64,000 bases of DNA from Elsinoe ampelina (lineage: Eukaryota), in assembly GCA_010093995.1 (NCBI GenBank), contig ML992501.1, forward strand, positions 578,227-642,226. Reading direction: 5' to 3'. The position numbers were made by a program, and so were the translations under genes. Positions 47,616-58,560 of the stretch are shown one piece after another (position 1 is the stretch's first letter; each line of letters begins with the position of its first letter). The notes under the pieces were generated by a model. The model was not told the DNA's origin. It did not search any database and saw only the letters and a list, made by a program, of their open reading frames with translations.

Positions 47616-47874
47616 GTTGTGGACCTGTTTCCGGATAGGTCATCGAAATTTGCCAGGGGACCACGCACAGGAAGGGTGTCGGTGTCGCTTCCAGCTGCCT
47701 CATGCCGCAAGATACTGCGAATCGTGCAGCGGACTATTGATTGAGAGATAAGCCATGGCGGTTCCCGAAGCTCGTCGAGTCGTCAGAATGTCAATAGGAC
47801 GTTCGTTTGGAAACGAGGCCGGAGCTCCAAGGGCTCGCGTTTGATGTCATTCTGGTTCGCCGGGTCCCGCCGGA

Positions 47875-47940
47875 TTGCCATGGCAAGTTTACACGAGGCA
47901 GACAGGCAGGAAATGCTTGCAAGACAGTGCTCGAGTCAGT
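47875..47940. repeat. direct repeat copy A containing palindrome TTGCCATGGCAA (X-box-like)
   Basis: 24 bp TTGCCATGGCAAGTTTACACGAGG identical to 50685-50708; weaker similarity continues ~40 bp further. Confidence 0.85.
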
Positions 47941-48316
47941 GTGCTCGCTGCCCTATTATACCGTCGTGCAGTGCCAAGGTAGGTGCCGACAATCCTTTGA
48001 CATGATTTTGCTTAGCGTTGGATTGTACTACACAGACACGGATTCAACAACTTGACAGAACAATTCAACATGATCGATTCAGAGCATCCTCCGCGAAACC
48101 TACTGAGAGCCACTAAAGGTATCATCAAAAAGGCTCGGAAATCTTCTCGGAAGTCTTCGTGGGGACGATGAGTGGTCATGAAAAGGGATACCTGTCTCGT
48201 TATTGGTGCCTTCGAAGACTACAGATATGCCACTACACTTTGGGCTTCGCCTCTGATCACCCTTCACGACCGTCCGCTACCAATTGCCAGAACCAATCAT
48301 TCAGGATCTGCAGACA

Positions 48317-50455
48317 TCAAGCGACGCTAAACGATTCAGCAGTCCATCCGTAAACCCTCTGCAGTCTACGTGCAAGGATGAGTAGTCTATAGCCCTCTAT
48401 TCCAGACACATGTGGCCTGTGCAACGTGATCGGTCTGGAGTTCATCGAAGTCGGAGGGATGAACGTGTAGATCGATCCTCCCTTGGGCGTGACCGAGAAT
48501 CCTAGATCTGTCATCGCAGATTCGAAGTTCGTCCATGACACGGAGCCGTGTGCTTCTAGTCTAGAGAATAGAGTGGTGAAAACCGATGCTGTCGCCGTCT
48601 TGACCTGGAACTGTTGAACAGACTCAGCAATGGAGGGTTGGGGTGGCGCGGCCAAGGGAGGGATGATGGTGTACACAGATGAGTTGGTAGGATGTTTCCT
48701 TTCTCTGGCTCTTCGTTGAGCTTGCCGCGAAACTCTGTCAGGCAATGGCTCAGCAGGTAGTGGAACATACGTCGTCTTCTGGTCGGCTGTTTCTTGTCTG
48801 GCTTTTGCTTCTGTGTACATCTTCTCTAGATCTGCTAGAGACTCCTGTACAATGTCTTCGTAGAGCGCCCCTAGCCTCACCCCCGTTTCTTGCACAATGA
48901 GATTGTCTAGTGCGCCCAGAGCGTCAGTCGCCATGCGTGGCTCGAGAAGATTGTCTATCGGGACTAGATAGTCACTTAAATCAGCCTTCACCTTCAAACT
49001 GTTCAGCTCAGCCTCCAGCTCTGTAGATCGAGCAGTGAACAAAAGTCCCGACTTCCGTGACATTGGGATCATAGAGACGGCCGTCGAACTCATGTGGATG
49101 AAGCTGACGATGATGGCGAGATCGTCCAAAGCAGCCATCTCAGCTTCGCTGATCTTCTTTGCATCCTCAAAGTGACGAGCGTTGTATTCAACTGTCTTCT
49201 GCACCCACTGCACAGCATCGACGGGAGAGGTATCCGGGTGACACAGTCGAAGGATGTAATGGAGCTGAGGATCAGAGACAGTGTAGTCTGATGGCTGACC
49301 CTTCATGACAATTTTCGATTGAGCGGATGCAGTATCAGTCACACGCTTGAATCTTTTGACACCAAAGTGTCGAGCGATGTTGCGCTTCAAGCTTTCTTGA
49401 GCCCGACGATATTCCAGGTGGCAAGTATTGGACAATTCTTGCAGGATGAGGCCTCGCCTCGCCTTATCGATGGCGCCATCGAGTAGCTGGAGGAGATGAG
49501 TGATGTAGTCCCAGATGGCAATAGTTTTGACCGCCGTCGTCAAAGTGTCGAAGAAGGCTGTGCTCAAGTAGCGGTCTGTAATAGCCGGCAGAATGCGGCC
49601 GCGATCATCAGGCACGAGCTCTGCGCGACTCCAATATGCAGTGTTTACAGCCTGATTGAGCACCACTGCCTCGGTCCGCAGCAAGAATAGATAGTCCTGC
49701 AGTGCGTCCTTTTGTTCCATTGCCTGCGCGTGCACTTCCGGCAAAGAGCTTTTGAGGGCCTTTGGCTGGATACTGAGGTTGGAAGTAGCAGTCACTAGTG
49801 CTTTATTCTCGCGCTTGTCGAGAGCTTTCTTGTCTCTAGTCTCGGACCCAAGATCTAGAATCTCTTCCACAATGGAATTGAGAAACTGAAACAAGTACCC
49901 TTGTCTGAGGTAAACTAGTTCACCGAGTGCGCGTGGTAGAACAATGGCCTGTACGATGACCGGAGGTATGCCAGGGAAAAGTTCGCTAGTGGCTCTCGTA
50001 GACGTGAAGCTCTTCCCATAGTGCTCGCCTTCGAGGAAGCAGGTTATTTCATTATCAGAGGCTTGTGCATAGCGCAAGCCAGTCTTCTCCATCACCTCAC
50101 GGTCAACTGGCCCTCCATTAGTGCCTTCGTAGAGCTGCTGATCCAGCCGCGTGTGCGCTCGAAAATTGAACATGTCCAAGAAGTGCTCAGGCTTGGAGGT
50201 CATGTCCCGTAAATTGTACTCCGGAATGTACTTGCAGAGGTCTCCTAGGGCCCGATCTCGACTGTGCTTGAGCACCATACCATCCCCAGTCGACTCTCTC
50301 ATCGCCTTCTCACGTTGCTTCGGCGTGAAACGGCGCCAGATCATATCCACCTTGCTGCACACGTTGCGATGTTTGCGTGCGAGATCGCGCTGCAGCTCCT
50401 GCACGTTAAGCTGCCCATCCATTTTGACGGCGTCGCCGTGTTTTTCCCACGACAT
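48317..50455 (-). CDS. intronless fungal protein with C-terminal HicA-like domain
   Basis: 712-aa ORF. C-terminal VSWTNFESAMTDLGFSVTPKGGSIYTFIP...RPITLHRPH follows the HicA pattern (W..f..ll..lGf......GS...f.....hH.PH). Confidence 0.75.
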   Translation of the reverse strand: MSWEKHGDAVKMDGQLNVQELQRDLARKHRNVCSKVDMIWRRFTPKQREKAMRESTGDGMVLKHSRDRALGDLCKYIPEYNLRDMTSKPEHFLDMFNFRAHTRLDQQLYEGTNGGPVDREVMEKTGLRYAQASDNEITCFLEGEHYGKSFTSTRATSELFPGIPPVIVQAIVLPRALGELVYLRQGYLFQFLNSIVEEILDLGSETRDKKALDKRENKALVTATSNLSIQPKALKSSLPEVHAQAMEQKDALQDYLFLLRTEAVVLNQAVNTAYWSRAELVPDDRGRILPAITDRYLSTAFFDTLTTAVKTIAIWDYITHLLQLLDGAIDKARRGLILQELSNTCHLEYRRAQESLKRNIARHFGVKRFKRVTDTASAQSKIVMKGQPSDYTVSDPQLHYILRLCHPDTSPVDAVQWVQKTVEYNARHFEDAKKISEAEMAALDDLAIIVSFIHMSSTAVSMIPMSRKSGLLFTARSTELEAELNSLKVKADLSDYLVPIDNLLEPRMATDALGALDNLIVQETGVRLGALYEDIVQESLADLEKMYTEAKARQETADQKTTYVPLPAEPLPDRVSRQAQRRARERKHPTNSSVYTIIPPLAAPPQPSIAESVQQFQVKTATASVFTTLFSRLEAHGSVSWTNFESAMTDLGFSVTPKGGSIYTFIPPTSMNSRPITLHRPHVSGIEGYRLLILARRLQRVYGWTAESFSVA

Positions 50456-50684
50456 GGTGAAAAGATATGTATGATCAAGTGGTGGTGTTCTGTCACGAAG
50501 GTCCTCTTAAGGTACGAAAGCGATGTTCCAGCCTACGTTGTAGTAGTTCCGCAGGCCCGGTCAGTCCCATACGATGGACGGCCGTCGAAGTAAGTGGAGC
50601 GTCAACGGATGTGTAGACTCCTTTGCAGTCCGAGTAAAGTATTGGCAGGTGTCAATGAACCGCAAAGTATGAAGTTGTAGGGAG

Positions 50685-50749
50685 TTGCCATGGCAAGTTT
50701 ACACGAGGAGCCAGGCAAAAATTGCCCCGCAGACGTCGCTCGACTCAGT
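50685..50749. repeat. direct repeat copy B containing palindrome (G)TTGCCATGGCAA (X-box-like)
   Basis: Matches copy A at 47875-47940. Confidence 0.85.
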
Positions 50750-52331
50750 CGTTGCTGTACTGTGCTGCACAATGACTCACTGTGTCTGTCTTGCATTACC
50801 GTAGTGTCCTCGGCGAACACTATTTGTCCAGACGGAATTTGCCTTGCATTTGGGGTTCATGCATAGAAGAAAGGGTCCGCTCTTCAATGTAGGGATCGTG
50901 GTTCTGGTCAGAGTTTATTGAAGTACCTGATAGGGCACGAACTTGTGGTTGAGTCTGTCGTCTGCGCAATGGATCATGCTTCAAGACCGCTCTTCACGGC
51001 GAAAAGGGTTGAGACCCTTCCACTGTCTGAGCAAGTTACTGACAGATGTCAATGAGGGCAGACGAAGTTTTCGCAACATACCAAGGTCGTGGCAGGAGAT
51101 TTCCCAGACCTGCTGCAGGCATAGCCAGCGGACCCGCGGCCAATCATGCTGAGACTCTCTGATACAAGCTCTGCGGTTTGGGTCTTGAAGTTGTTTGGGA
51201 GTGTTTGTGAAGCTACACGTATGCTGAGGTCAGCAATACAGTAGTAGCCCCGAGCAGTGACGAAGATTGGTACGGCATGGCTCGCGTGGCAGCAACCACA
51301 GTCGACGCCGAGCGAATGAGCTGCATGGCATTTTGGCACAGCTTGGTATTCCTCGCACGAGACAGATGCTGGACTCGTCTCGGGACAAAGGGCTATGTCT
51401 CGCCATTCTAGGGCACATGCGACCTCGGCGTCACGTCTGCTGATCCCCAATGACCAGGACATGCCTGTGGGATGATCGTCTTCGCAGGACAATGTTGCAC
51501 ATTAGCCGGTACAAGGCATGTATAGAGGATAATAACACCCGGTGGGAGTTGTGAACCACCACGCCGAGCGGCCTTATTCAAGGCCGTATCTCTGCCATGC
51601 CGTCATCACAAGCCGTGCTTGCTGGCGACTCGCTCATGTCCGGATCAGTCCGAGGCAATATCGACGACTCGTGAAACATTCGAGCCCAACTTCCAGCACA
51701 TGTACAACCAAATGCTTGTCAAAACTCTCTTGCATGCTCAACGAGGCACATACAGTAGCATCCCGACCATGGTTCGGCGTTCATGTCCTTCTGCAGCTGT
51801 CATGGCACGTCCCGGGCGATTCAACTAAATCCCACCCACCCACTTTCTCAATGGCAGACACCCACTTTGTCGTTACTCGGTCCAGGACTAAATTTCAGGC
51901 CTGATCCGCGTTCGATAGCACGTGCGGAGGTCACGGAAAAGAGCCAACTGGTTGGATCGAGGCAGGGATTCTTTTGTCCTTTGTCGTCACACCCACCCCT
52001 CCGAATCTCTCCTTCGAGTCGTCCGGCAGCCCTGGCTTGTCCATGTCGGGCACATGCGACCACGATCGAGATCCCTCAGCGCCTTGGAATGTCGGCTTTA
52101 TATGAAGTCGACGCTGGCGCCGTCGATCATGATTCAGTGCTGGTTGGTAAACCCGTTGCTTCGGTCTGGCCTGACTACTAGCTTGCCGTGTACCCATGTA
52201 CCACGTGCAATGACATTCAGGCCCTGTAATTCTTTCAGCTGAGCTCGACCTTTATAATGCTTGCCACATCATGGCCACTCGATGTGACCAACTTGAACAC
52301 TGCGACTGCTGGCCCACTGGCAAGGAAGACC

Positions 52332-53631
52332 ATGAGTGACAGGCGACCACTCAGGGTTGCCATCATCGGTGCTGGTATCGCTGGGCTAGCAGCCGCAGTC
52401 GTTCTTCGGAGAGCACACGATGTGACCGTCTACGATGCTAATCCTGAAGGACATGTCGAGCCCAGCAATGCTTGTGGTTTGGGACCGAATGGTAGTAGGA
52501 TGGCTCGTCTTCTCGGACTCAGCGATCTCGACGTCAAAGCATGCACCATTACCGGCTACACCACCTGGACAAAGGAGATGCATCTGGTGTACAACCAGAA
52601 TATGGACTATCAGAAATACACTGGCTCAAACTCGTGGACGGTCTACCGACATGATCTCAAGGAAGCTCTTTTGAATGCTGCTACATCTGCTCACGGCGGT
52701 CGTCCTGTCAACGTGATAGCAGACAAGGAGCTCATCCACGTGGATCCTGATGCTGGTATCATGGACTTTCTCGACGGCAGTCAAGCGGCGGTAGACCTTG
52801 TGATAGGTGAACATGTTCAACACTGCTCACCGGGACTTCACTAACAAGTTTCTAGGGGCAGACGGAGTCCATTCAAAGGTCCGCTCATCTGTAGTCAGCG
52901 ATGCTCTTCCGGCCCCCATCCCCGCCGATCTTTCCTTCTACCGCTTTTCGGTTCCCTACAACACTCTGGTGGCCCTTTTGCACACCATGCCGCAACCGCT
53001 GGACTTTACGAAAGGACCTTTCCTTTCCGTCGTGGTAGCCAACGACGGGACCAATCGCAACATAGTCATCTTCCCCTGTCGGTCCGGCACCATTGTCAAC
53101 TTTGGCCTCGCAGTACCTGATCATGTGATCAAGGAGTCTACTCGTCAGTCCTGGTACGCCACTGGGTCCATTGCGCAACTCCGTTCACATTTTTCCGACT
53201 TTCCGACCTGGGTCCACACCATCTTCTCGATCGTCAAGCCGTCTGACCTTCACCTCTATCAAGTCCGCGACCTCGAACCCCTCAACGCCTACGTCAAAGG
53301 CCGAACCGTATTGATCGGCGACGCCGCTCACCCCATGACGCCACATATGGGCCAAGGCGCGAACCAAGCACTCGAAGATGCGGAGGGACTCACCTTACTG
53401 CTCAACCCCAAAGTCAACGCTACAAACATCACAGATCATTTGCTGAAATGGGAGGCTGTGCGTAAACCGCGAGCGAGCGAGATCCAGCTCAATTCCCGAA
53501 TGGCATCAGCGAAAGTAGAGCCAGCGGTCTTCATGGAACGACTACGTTTCATCTGGGACTATCACGGTATCGACGACCAACTGGAGAAGATGATGGGCCA
53601 TCTGGCAGCAACGTACATGGATCGTCGATGA
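52332..53631 (+). CDS. FAD-dependent monooxygenase (salicylate hydroxylase-like, group A)
   Basis: VAIIGAGIAGLAAA, DLVIGADGVHS (across intron 52807-52855), VLIGDAAHPMTPHMGQGANQALEDA. Confidence 0.92.
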
Positions 53632-55706
53632 ATAGCGACGCGCGTTCCAGCCTCTATCGCTCAAGAAATGCCACATACAAGCCGGAGAACCTGAAGCGCC
53701 AGGATATTTCCCCTGATCAGTGAGCCCTCGTCTGATCCCGGGACTGTCGTCGGTCGCCGGAGAAATGTCGCTCAGGACTCCACGGTGGGGAAGGCGCTCC
53801 AACAGAGCCCTGGTCACGCTCGAAGCGAGTCAGGCGCACATCCAGGGATTGACGGAGCAGGGAACAAACACCCTTCTAGCGCTCGCTGTATATTGGCGCT
53901 AGAACAACCTCCTACGACAAAGCGCGGCAGGTACGTGCGCAGTACCAGTGCCCTTCGTCCTCGCCTTGACAGCCCAAGAGGAGAAATTACGGCAGTGGCG
54001 CATGTCGCCATGGCATGCAATAGCAGAAGAGGAGAAAGGGTCTGTGAAACCAGGCTGATAAGGACGACCCTTCAAACACCACTGTACCTGGAGACCCCGA
54101 CAGTACCTCATCACGTCGTCGCTTTCTCCACTGCCTAGACCATCCCGACAACAAGCCCAAACTCAAACCCACAAAGCAACAGAGCAGCCACATCCGTAGC
54201 CTGCCAAAGCAGAAGCTTATTAGACACCACTAGACGCAAAGCTAGATAGACGCTCTTCGTATCATGATACAACTGCCTCGTGGCTCCGGAGCCAAAGCAG
54301 TGTCACGGGACAGCGAGGCAGCGTGAAATGCAGGAAAATCAACGCCAAAAAACCCAATGCCACGTTCTCACTAATTAGCTTTCTGTAACCTCTGCCTTGG
54401 TCTGCTCCGAACCTTGAAATCTACCCAAGACCTGCTATCAAACCTACGTCTTGTACGTGTTTTCTGAATTCCAAATCCATAACAGCGCGACTCAAGACAT
54501 TTGATTCGTGATCTGCACGGCAAGGCTCGATGAGGCGATGTCTGACCAGATGCTCCCATGTCCGACCGATGCTCACCTTCCCCCCGCACGAAATTGCAGG
54601 CGCACAAGTGGGACAGCTCGGGGAGAGGGCAGCGGGGACGAGCGTTGGACACCGGGGAATGAACGGGCTCCGTGTCCGTCCGGAGGGGTCACCACTGAGC
54701 GTCAAACCTGAGGTGACCATGATATCTATGGTCGGGAGCAATGATAGGAGCCCTCGCTCTGGGTAGAGGCCGCGGAGATGGAGACTCTTGTGCCCTGCAT
54801 GATAAGCAGCCACTTCTGTCTACATGCAGCAGAAGTAGGGCATCGCCAACGTAACACAACCCTGGCAGGCTATGACCCTTTTGAAAAAAAATCGTGCAGT
54901 GACGTCGCCCCGTGGCATCTATACACGGCACGGGCGCAACCATGCCGAAGAAGTGCAATGAGTCTCCTCCAGTGCCCGTCTTGTTTTTCTGGGGAACGGC
55001 AGAAGCTCCAGTGCAGCCCTTCGAGGTCGCTTCGTGCTCCCGACTTCAAGCGAGATGCACCGCGAGTCCATAGCACGACTGCAGAAACGAAGCGAACAAG
55101 TCATCGCCCGATCGTCAGGCACCCCGTTCCCATCCCGCCCGGTGCTCGCCCAAGCTCTGAGACGGCACATCAGGCACATCAGGCCCATCACTCTCACATC
55201 CCCATCCCCATCCCCATCCCTAAGCACGGCTCGAAGGCGTCCACGAGCAGCTTCTTCAGCCCTGCCCTTCCCTTCCTTTCCCCTGCCCTGCTCAGCCGTG
55301 TCCATGATGCATACCCTCGGCTCCAGCGCCGCACGGTCATGTTTCCTGCACATGCACATGCACATGCAATTTCCACCTGCATGAGCTGATCAACCCACGA
55401 GCACGGGTACGGGTATTGGTAAGTGCGTGCATGCAGCTTCCATAATGCAGCGGCTAGTCACGGCTCGCAAAGGCACAGTGGGGGGACGGGAGATCAGATA
55501 AGAGTATTGCACTTTCACTGTCCTGCGTTGGGTGTGGGGGGAAAGGGAAACCGGGCGAGTGGGAAGTGGGTATATACATGAACTGGAATGTATCTAATGT
55601 CCGAGTCGGTCGTCGGTTTCTTCTTGTTGTGTCGGTGATTCTGTGGTCGTGAAAGAGCGGTAGTAGGGACTGGGAAGGGGAAAGGGCAAAGGGCATGGCG
55701 TGATCA

Positions 55707-57462
55707 TCACTTGTGCAACAGACCGCCCGTGTACTCTGCCAACGCGAGCATTTTCTCTTCCTGCAATCTGCGGCCGACGAGTTGGACTGCTACTGGTGCG
55801 CCGTCGTAGATTTCCGGGTCATCTGGAGAGGGGTTAGTGGGGGACTACTGCGGGCAGCGGAGGAGGGATGGGCTCACAGGTCTCCATGGTCTTTGCGTCG
55901 AATTCGTCGTTGGCTGGCTTGAAGTTGTCGATCTTCTTGTCGGTGTCCTTCTTCGCGAACGTCACTGGTACTACGACGCTGGTGTAGTCGACGACGTTCA
56001 CCCACACGCTGTAGCCGTAGTAGGTGTACTTCTCTGGTCGGGCGGCGGCGAAAGGCGCGAGAGGGCTGACGACAAAGTCGACGCCGGTCTGGTTCCAGTA
56101 CTCCATGTACTCTTTGCAGGCTTCTCGCTTCTCGACCATGACTCTCATGATCTCGGTCGCGGTGTACTCCTTGTCTGGCTTCTCGGGTACCATGACCTGA
56201 GGACGATTTGGCTCGCCGGACAACGCAAAAGCTTGGATGGCATCCCGACCGCCGTCAAAGTTCCAGCATTTATTCACAATCTCCATCAGGCGACCATGAT
56301 TGGGGGTGGGGGACCATTCGACTGCTTTGTGTCCGGCGGCGGTCAGAGCTGACACAGTCTCCTCAATAGCTCGAGCTACAGGAGGGTGAGGCGTGCAGAG
56401 ACCATCGTGCCGAAGAACACCAAAGGTGAGCTTGCCACTCTTCGCACGGCTGATAGCTTCGGTCTCGGAATCTTGTCGGTATGGCAGCTCGTGGACCAGT
56501 GGGTCATGGAACCACGGTGAGGTGCTGAGGATAGACTGCGTGATCAGTCTGAGCGCTGAGACGGACGGCGCGAGAGGTCCAACAACGCTCAGTACTCCAG
56601 GAGCACCATCAAAGCTGTTCGCCATACCCTGATAGGGCAGACGGCCAGTCGAGGGCCTCAGACCATACAGTCCGTTGAAAGCGGCAGGGATGCGGATGCT
56701 GCCACCAATGTCTGTGCCCAAACCGACAGGGGAACCCCGGAGCGCAATCAGAGCACCTTCACCGCCAGACGAACCGCCTGTTGACAAATTCCGATTCGTC
56801 GGGTTCCAGGTATAGTCGATGAAGTTGTTGGTGGTCTCACCGCACATGAGCGTGTGTGGTACTGATGTTTTGCAGTAGAGCACGGCTCCCAGGGATCGAA
56901 ATTCGCGAACCATTTCGGATTCGAAGACGCGCTCCTTGCCAGTACCTTTCTTACCTTCGAACGTTCCTAGCCAGCCGACATAGCCCATGTGGGTATCAAC
57001 ACCTTTGACGTGGAACTGGTCCTTGAGAGATACCGGCAGGCCGTGCAGCGGGCCCTTGGGCTTGCCATTCTTCTCTAGGTACTCATCAAGTTCTTTGGCC
57101 GTGGCATAAGCATCCTCGAAGAAGATCTCGTGAAGACAATTGACCTGATACGACTCTTAGTGACGTTGCCGTACCACCATGTAGGTCGGTAGAGATACCA
57201 ATTGATGAGCAATTGCGGCTCGGTGAGCAAAAGCTTGGGTAATCTCCAGCGAGGTCCAAGTCTTGTCGGCTGCCTTCTTTACAATCTCTGTGGCATCACT
57301 CTCGGTGATGTCAATCTCCTTTTCGTTGAGATACTGCTGGACGAATGCGCCGGTGACGTTTGGTTGATCTTTGGCCGATGGCGGGGGCGGAATTTGCCAC
57401 TCCTTAGGGATCAGTGACAAGACCGAATCGCGCTTCTCCTGGGCGACCTTTTTCCAGTCCAT
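55707..57462 (-). CDS. amidase-signature family enzyme (acetamidase/general amidase-like)
   Basis: Introns 57198-57145 and 55877-55823; GPLHGLPVSLKD, GGSSGGEGALI, GTDIGGSIRIPA, PVAVQLVGRRLQEEK. Confidence 0.92.
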
Positions 57463-57840
57463 GTTCGGTTGTGGTGAAGGTTAGGGAAGAGGATAGGTCG
57501 TCAGGAATCTCCAAGGTCAAATGAATGAGTGGCCACGACGTGATTAACATATCAGCAGTCAGCTACCCGCACACGCATACCTTGCAATGACGATTGCCCT
57601 ACAATCGGAGCCGAGTTGCCGCCCAGCGAGCTAATCTCCAATGGTGTGGTTGGCTTTAGACAACTACCACAAGTGGATGGGTCATCACAGGAACTGGCGG
57701 TTCAGCTCTGCGCAGGAGGCACAACAGCAAGGTCTACCTTCCCGAAGCAGCATGTCGATGGGTGACGCGGACGATGGTCGACTGGGGGAGATATTGATGG
57801 CGGGGCAATCGACGAAAGGGCCCAGCTAATCACAGCTTGT

Positions 57841-58560
57841 CTATTGCTTTTCTGGGAGGTAGCCTCCAACGGAAAGGCCGATGTCGGCGGGGTATCTCCA
57901 TTCATGCGACCAAGGGAACGACTTGTTGAGACATGGGGCATCGAAGGAGCTGGGGCAAGCGAGATAGGCTCCAACAGATCGTATCTGAGCTGTTCTGGAG
58001 GTAATCGTGACATACGGCAGTCTGGCGTGTGCCATGGGCCTGACATCGCGTGGCAGCGCCAAGGGAGACGGAAGAGACCAAAGAGCGGGCAACAAGTCGT
58101 TGCTTGACTTGATTTGGTAGGTGGCATCTGGACAAGAAGAAGATGGCACGGCGAGCTTATGAGAGATTAGCTTCTTCGGATGCGACCAGCCAAGTGTTGT
58201 AGCTTGACGACGAGCTGCATGGCCGGGGACGAGTTCATATGGGAGCTGGGCTGCCTGCAACCGAAGGACCTGAATAGGCCGTTTTAGCTGGTGGCAGAAT
58301 CCTTTCAGTTTGTCAGTTAGAGTTTCACCGATTGCCTTTAGCTCACCAAATTTGGCAGGGATAGACACGAGCGGCGATATCTCTTGGCCCTCTTCTTTAT
58401 GCTTAAGCAACTCTTTCACGTCGTTAGTATAGCTAAATTAAAGCTGTAAAAAGGTGTTATAATGCTACTAAGTAACTACTAGTGTGTCATTACAGCTATA
58501 GCTGCCCTTATAATTCTCCTTCTTATATAAGATAAGGAGTAAGCTCCTTAGCCTCCTCTA
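57841..58560 (-). pseudogene. 3' remnant of a gene whose 5' part lies in the RIP-mutated block
   Basis: 192-codon ORF without an ATG start. The same frame continues past 58420, interrupted by TAA/TAG stops compatible with RIP of Gln codons. Confidence 0.5.

Noticed and set aside
53640..55700. ORFs and short repeats (CACATG x3, CATCCC x3) between the monooxygenase and amidase
   Set aside because: Low-complexity simple repeats; no credible protein.
52332..57462. Monooxygenase plus amidase as a secondary-metabolite or catabolic cluster
   Set aside because: Convergent, 2 kb apart, with no backbone enzyme, transporter or regulator in the window.
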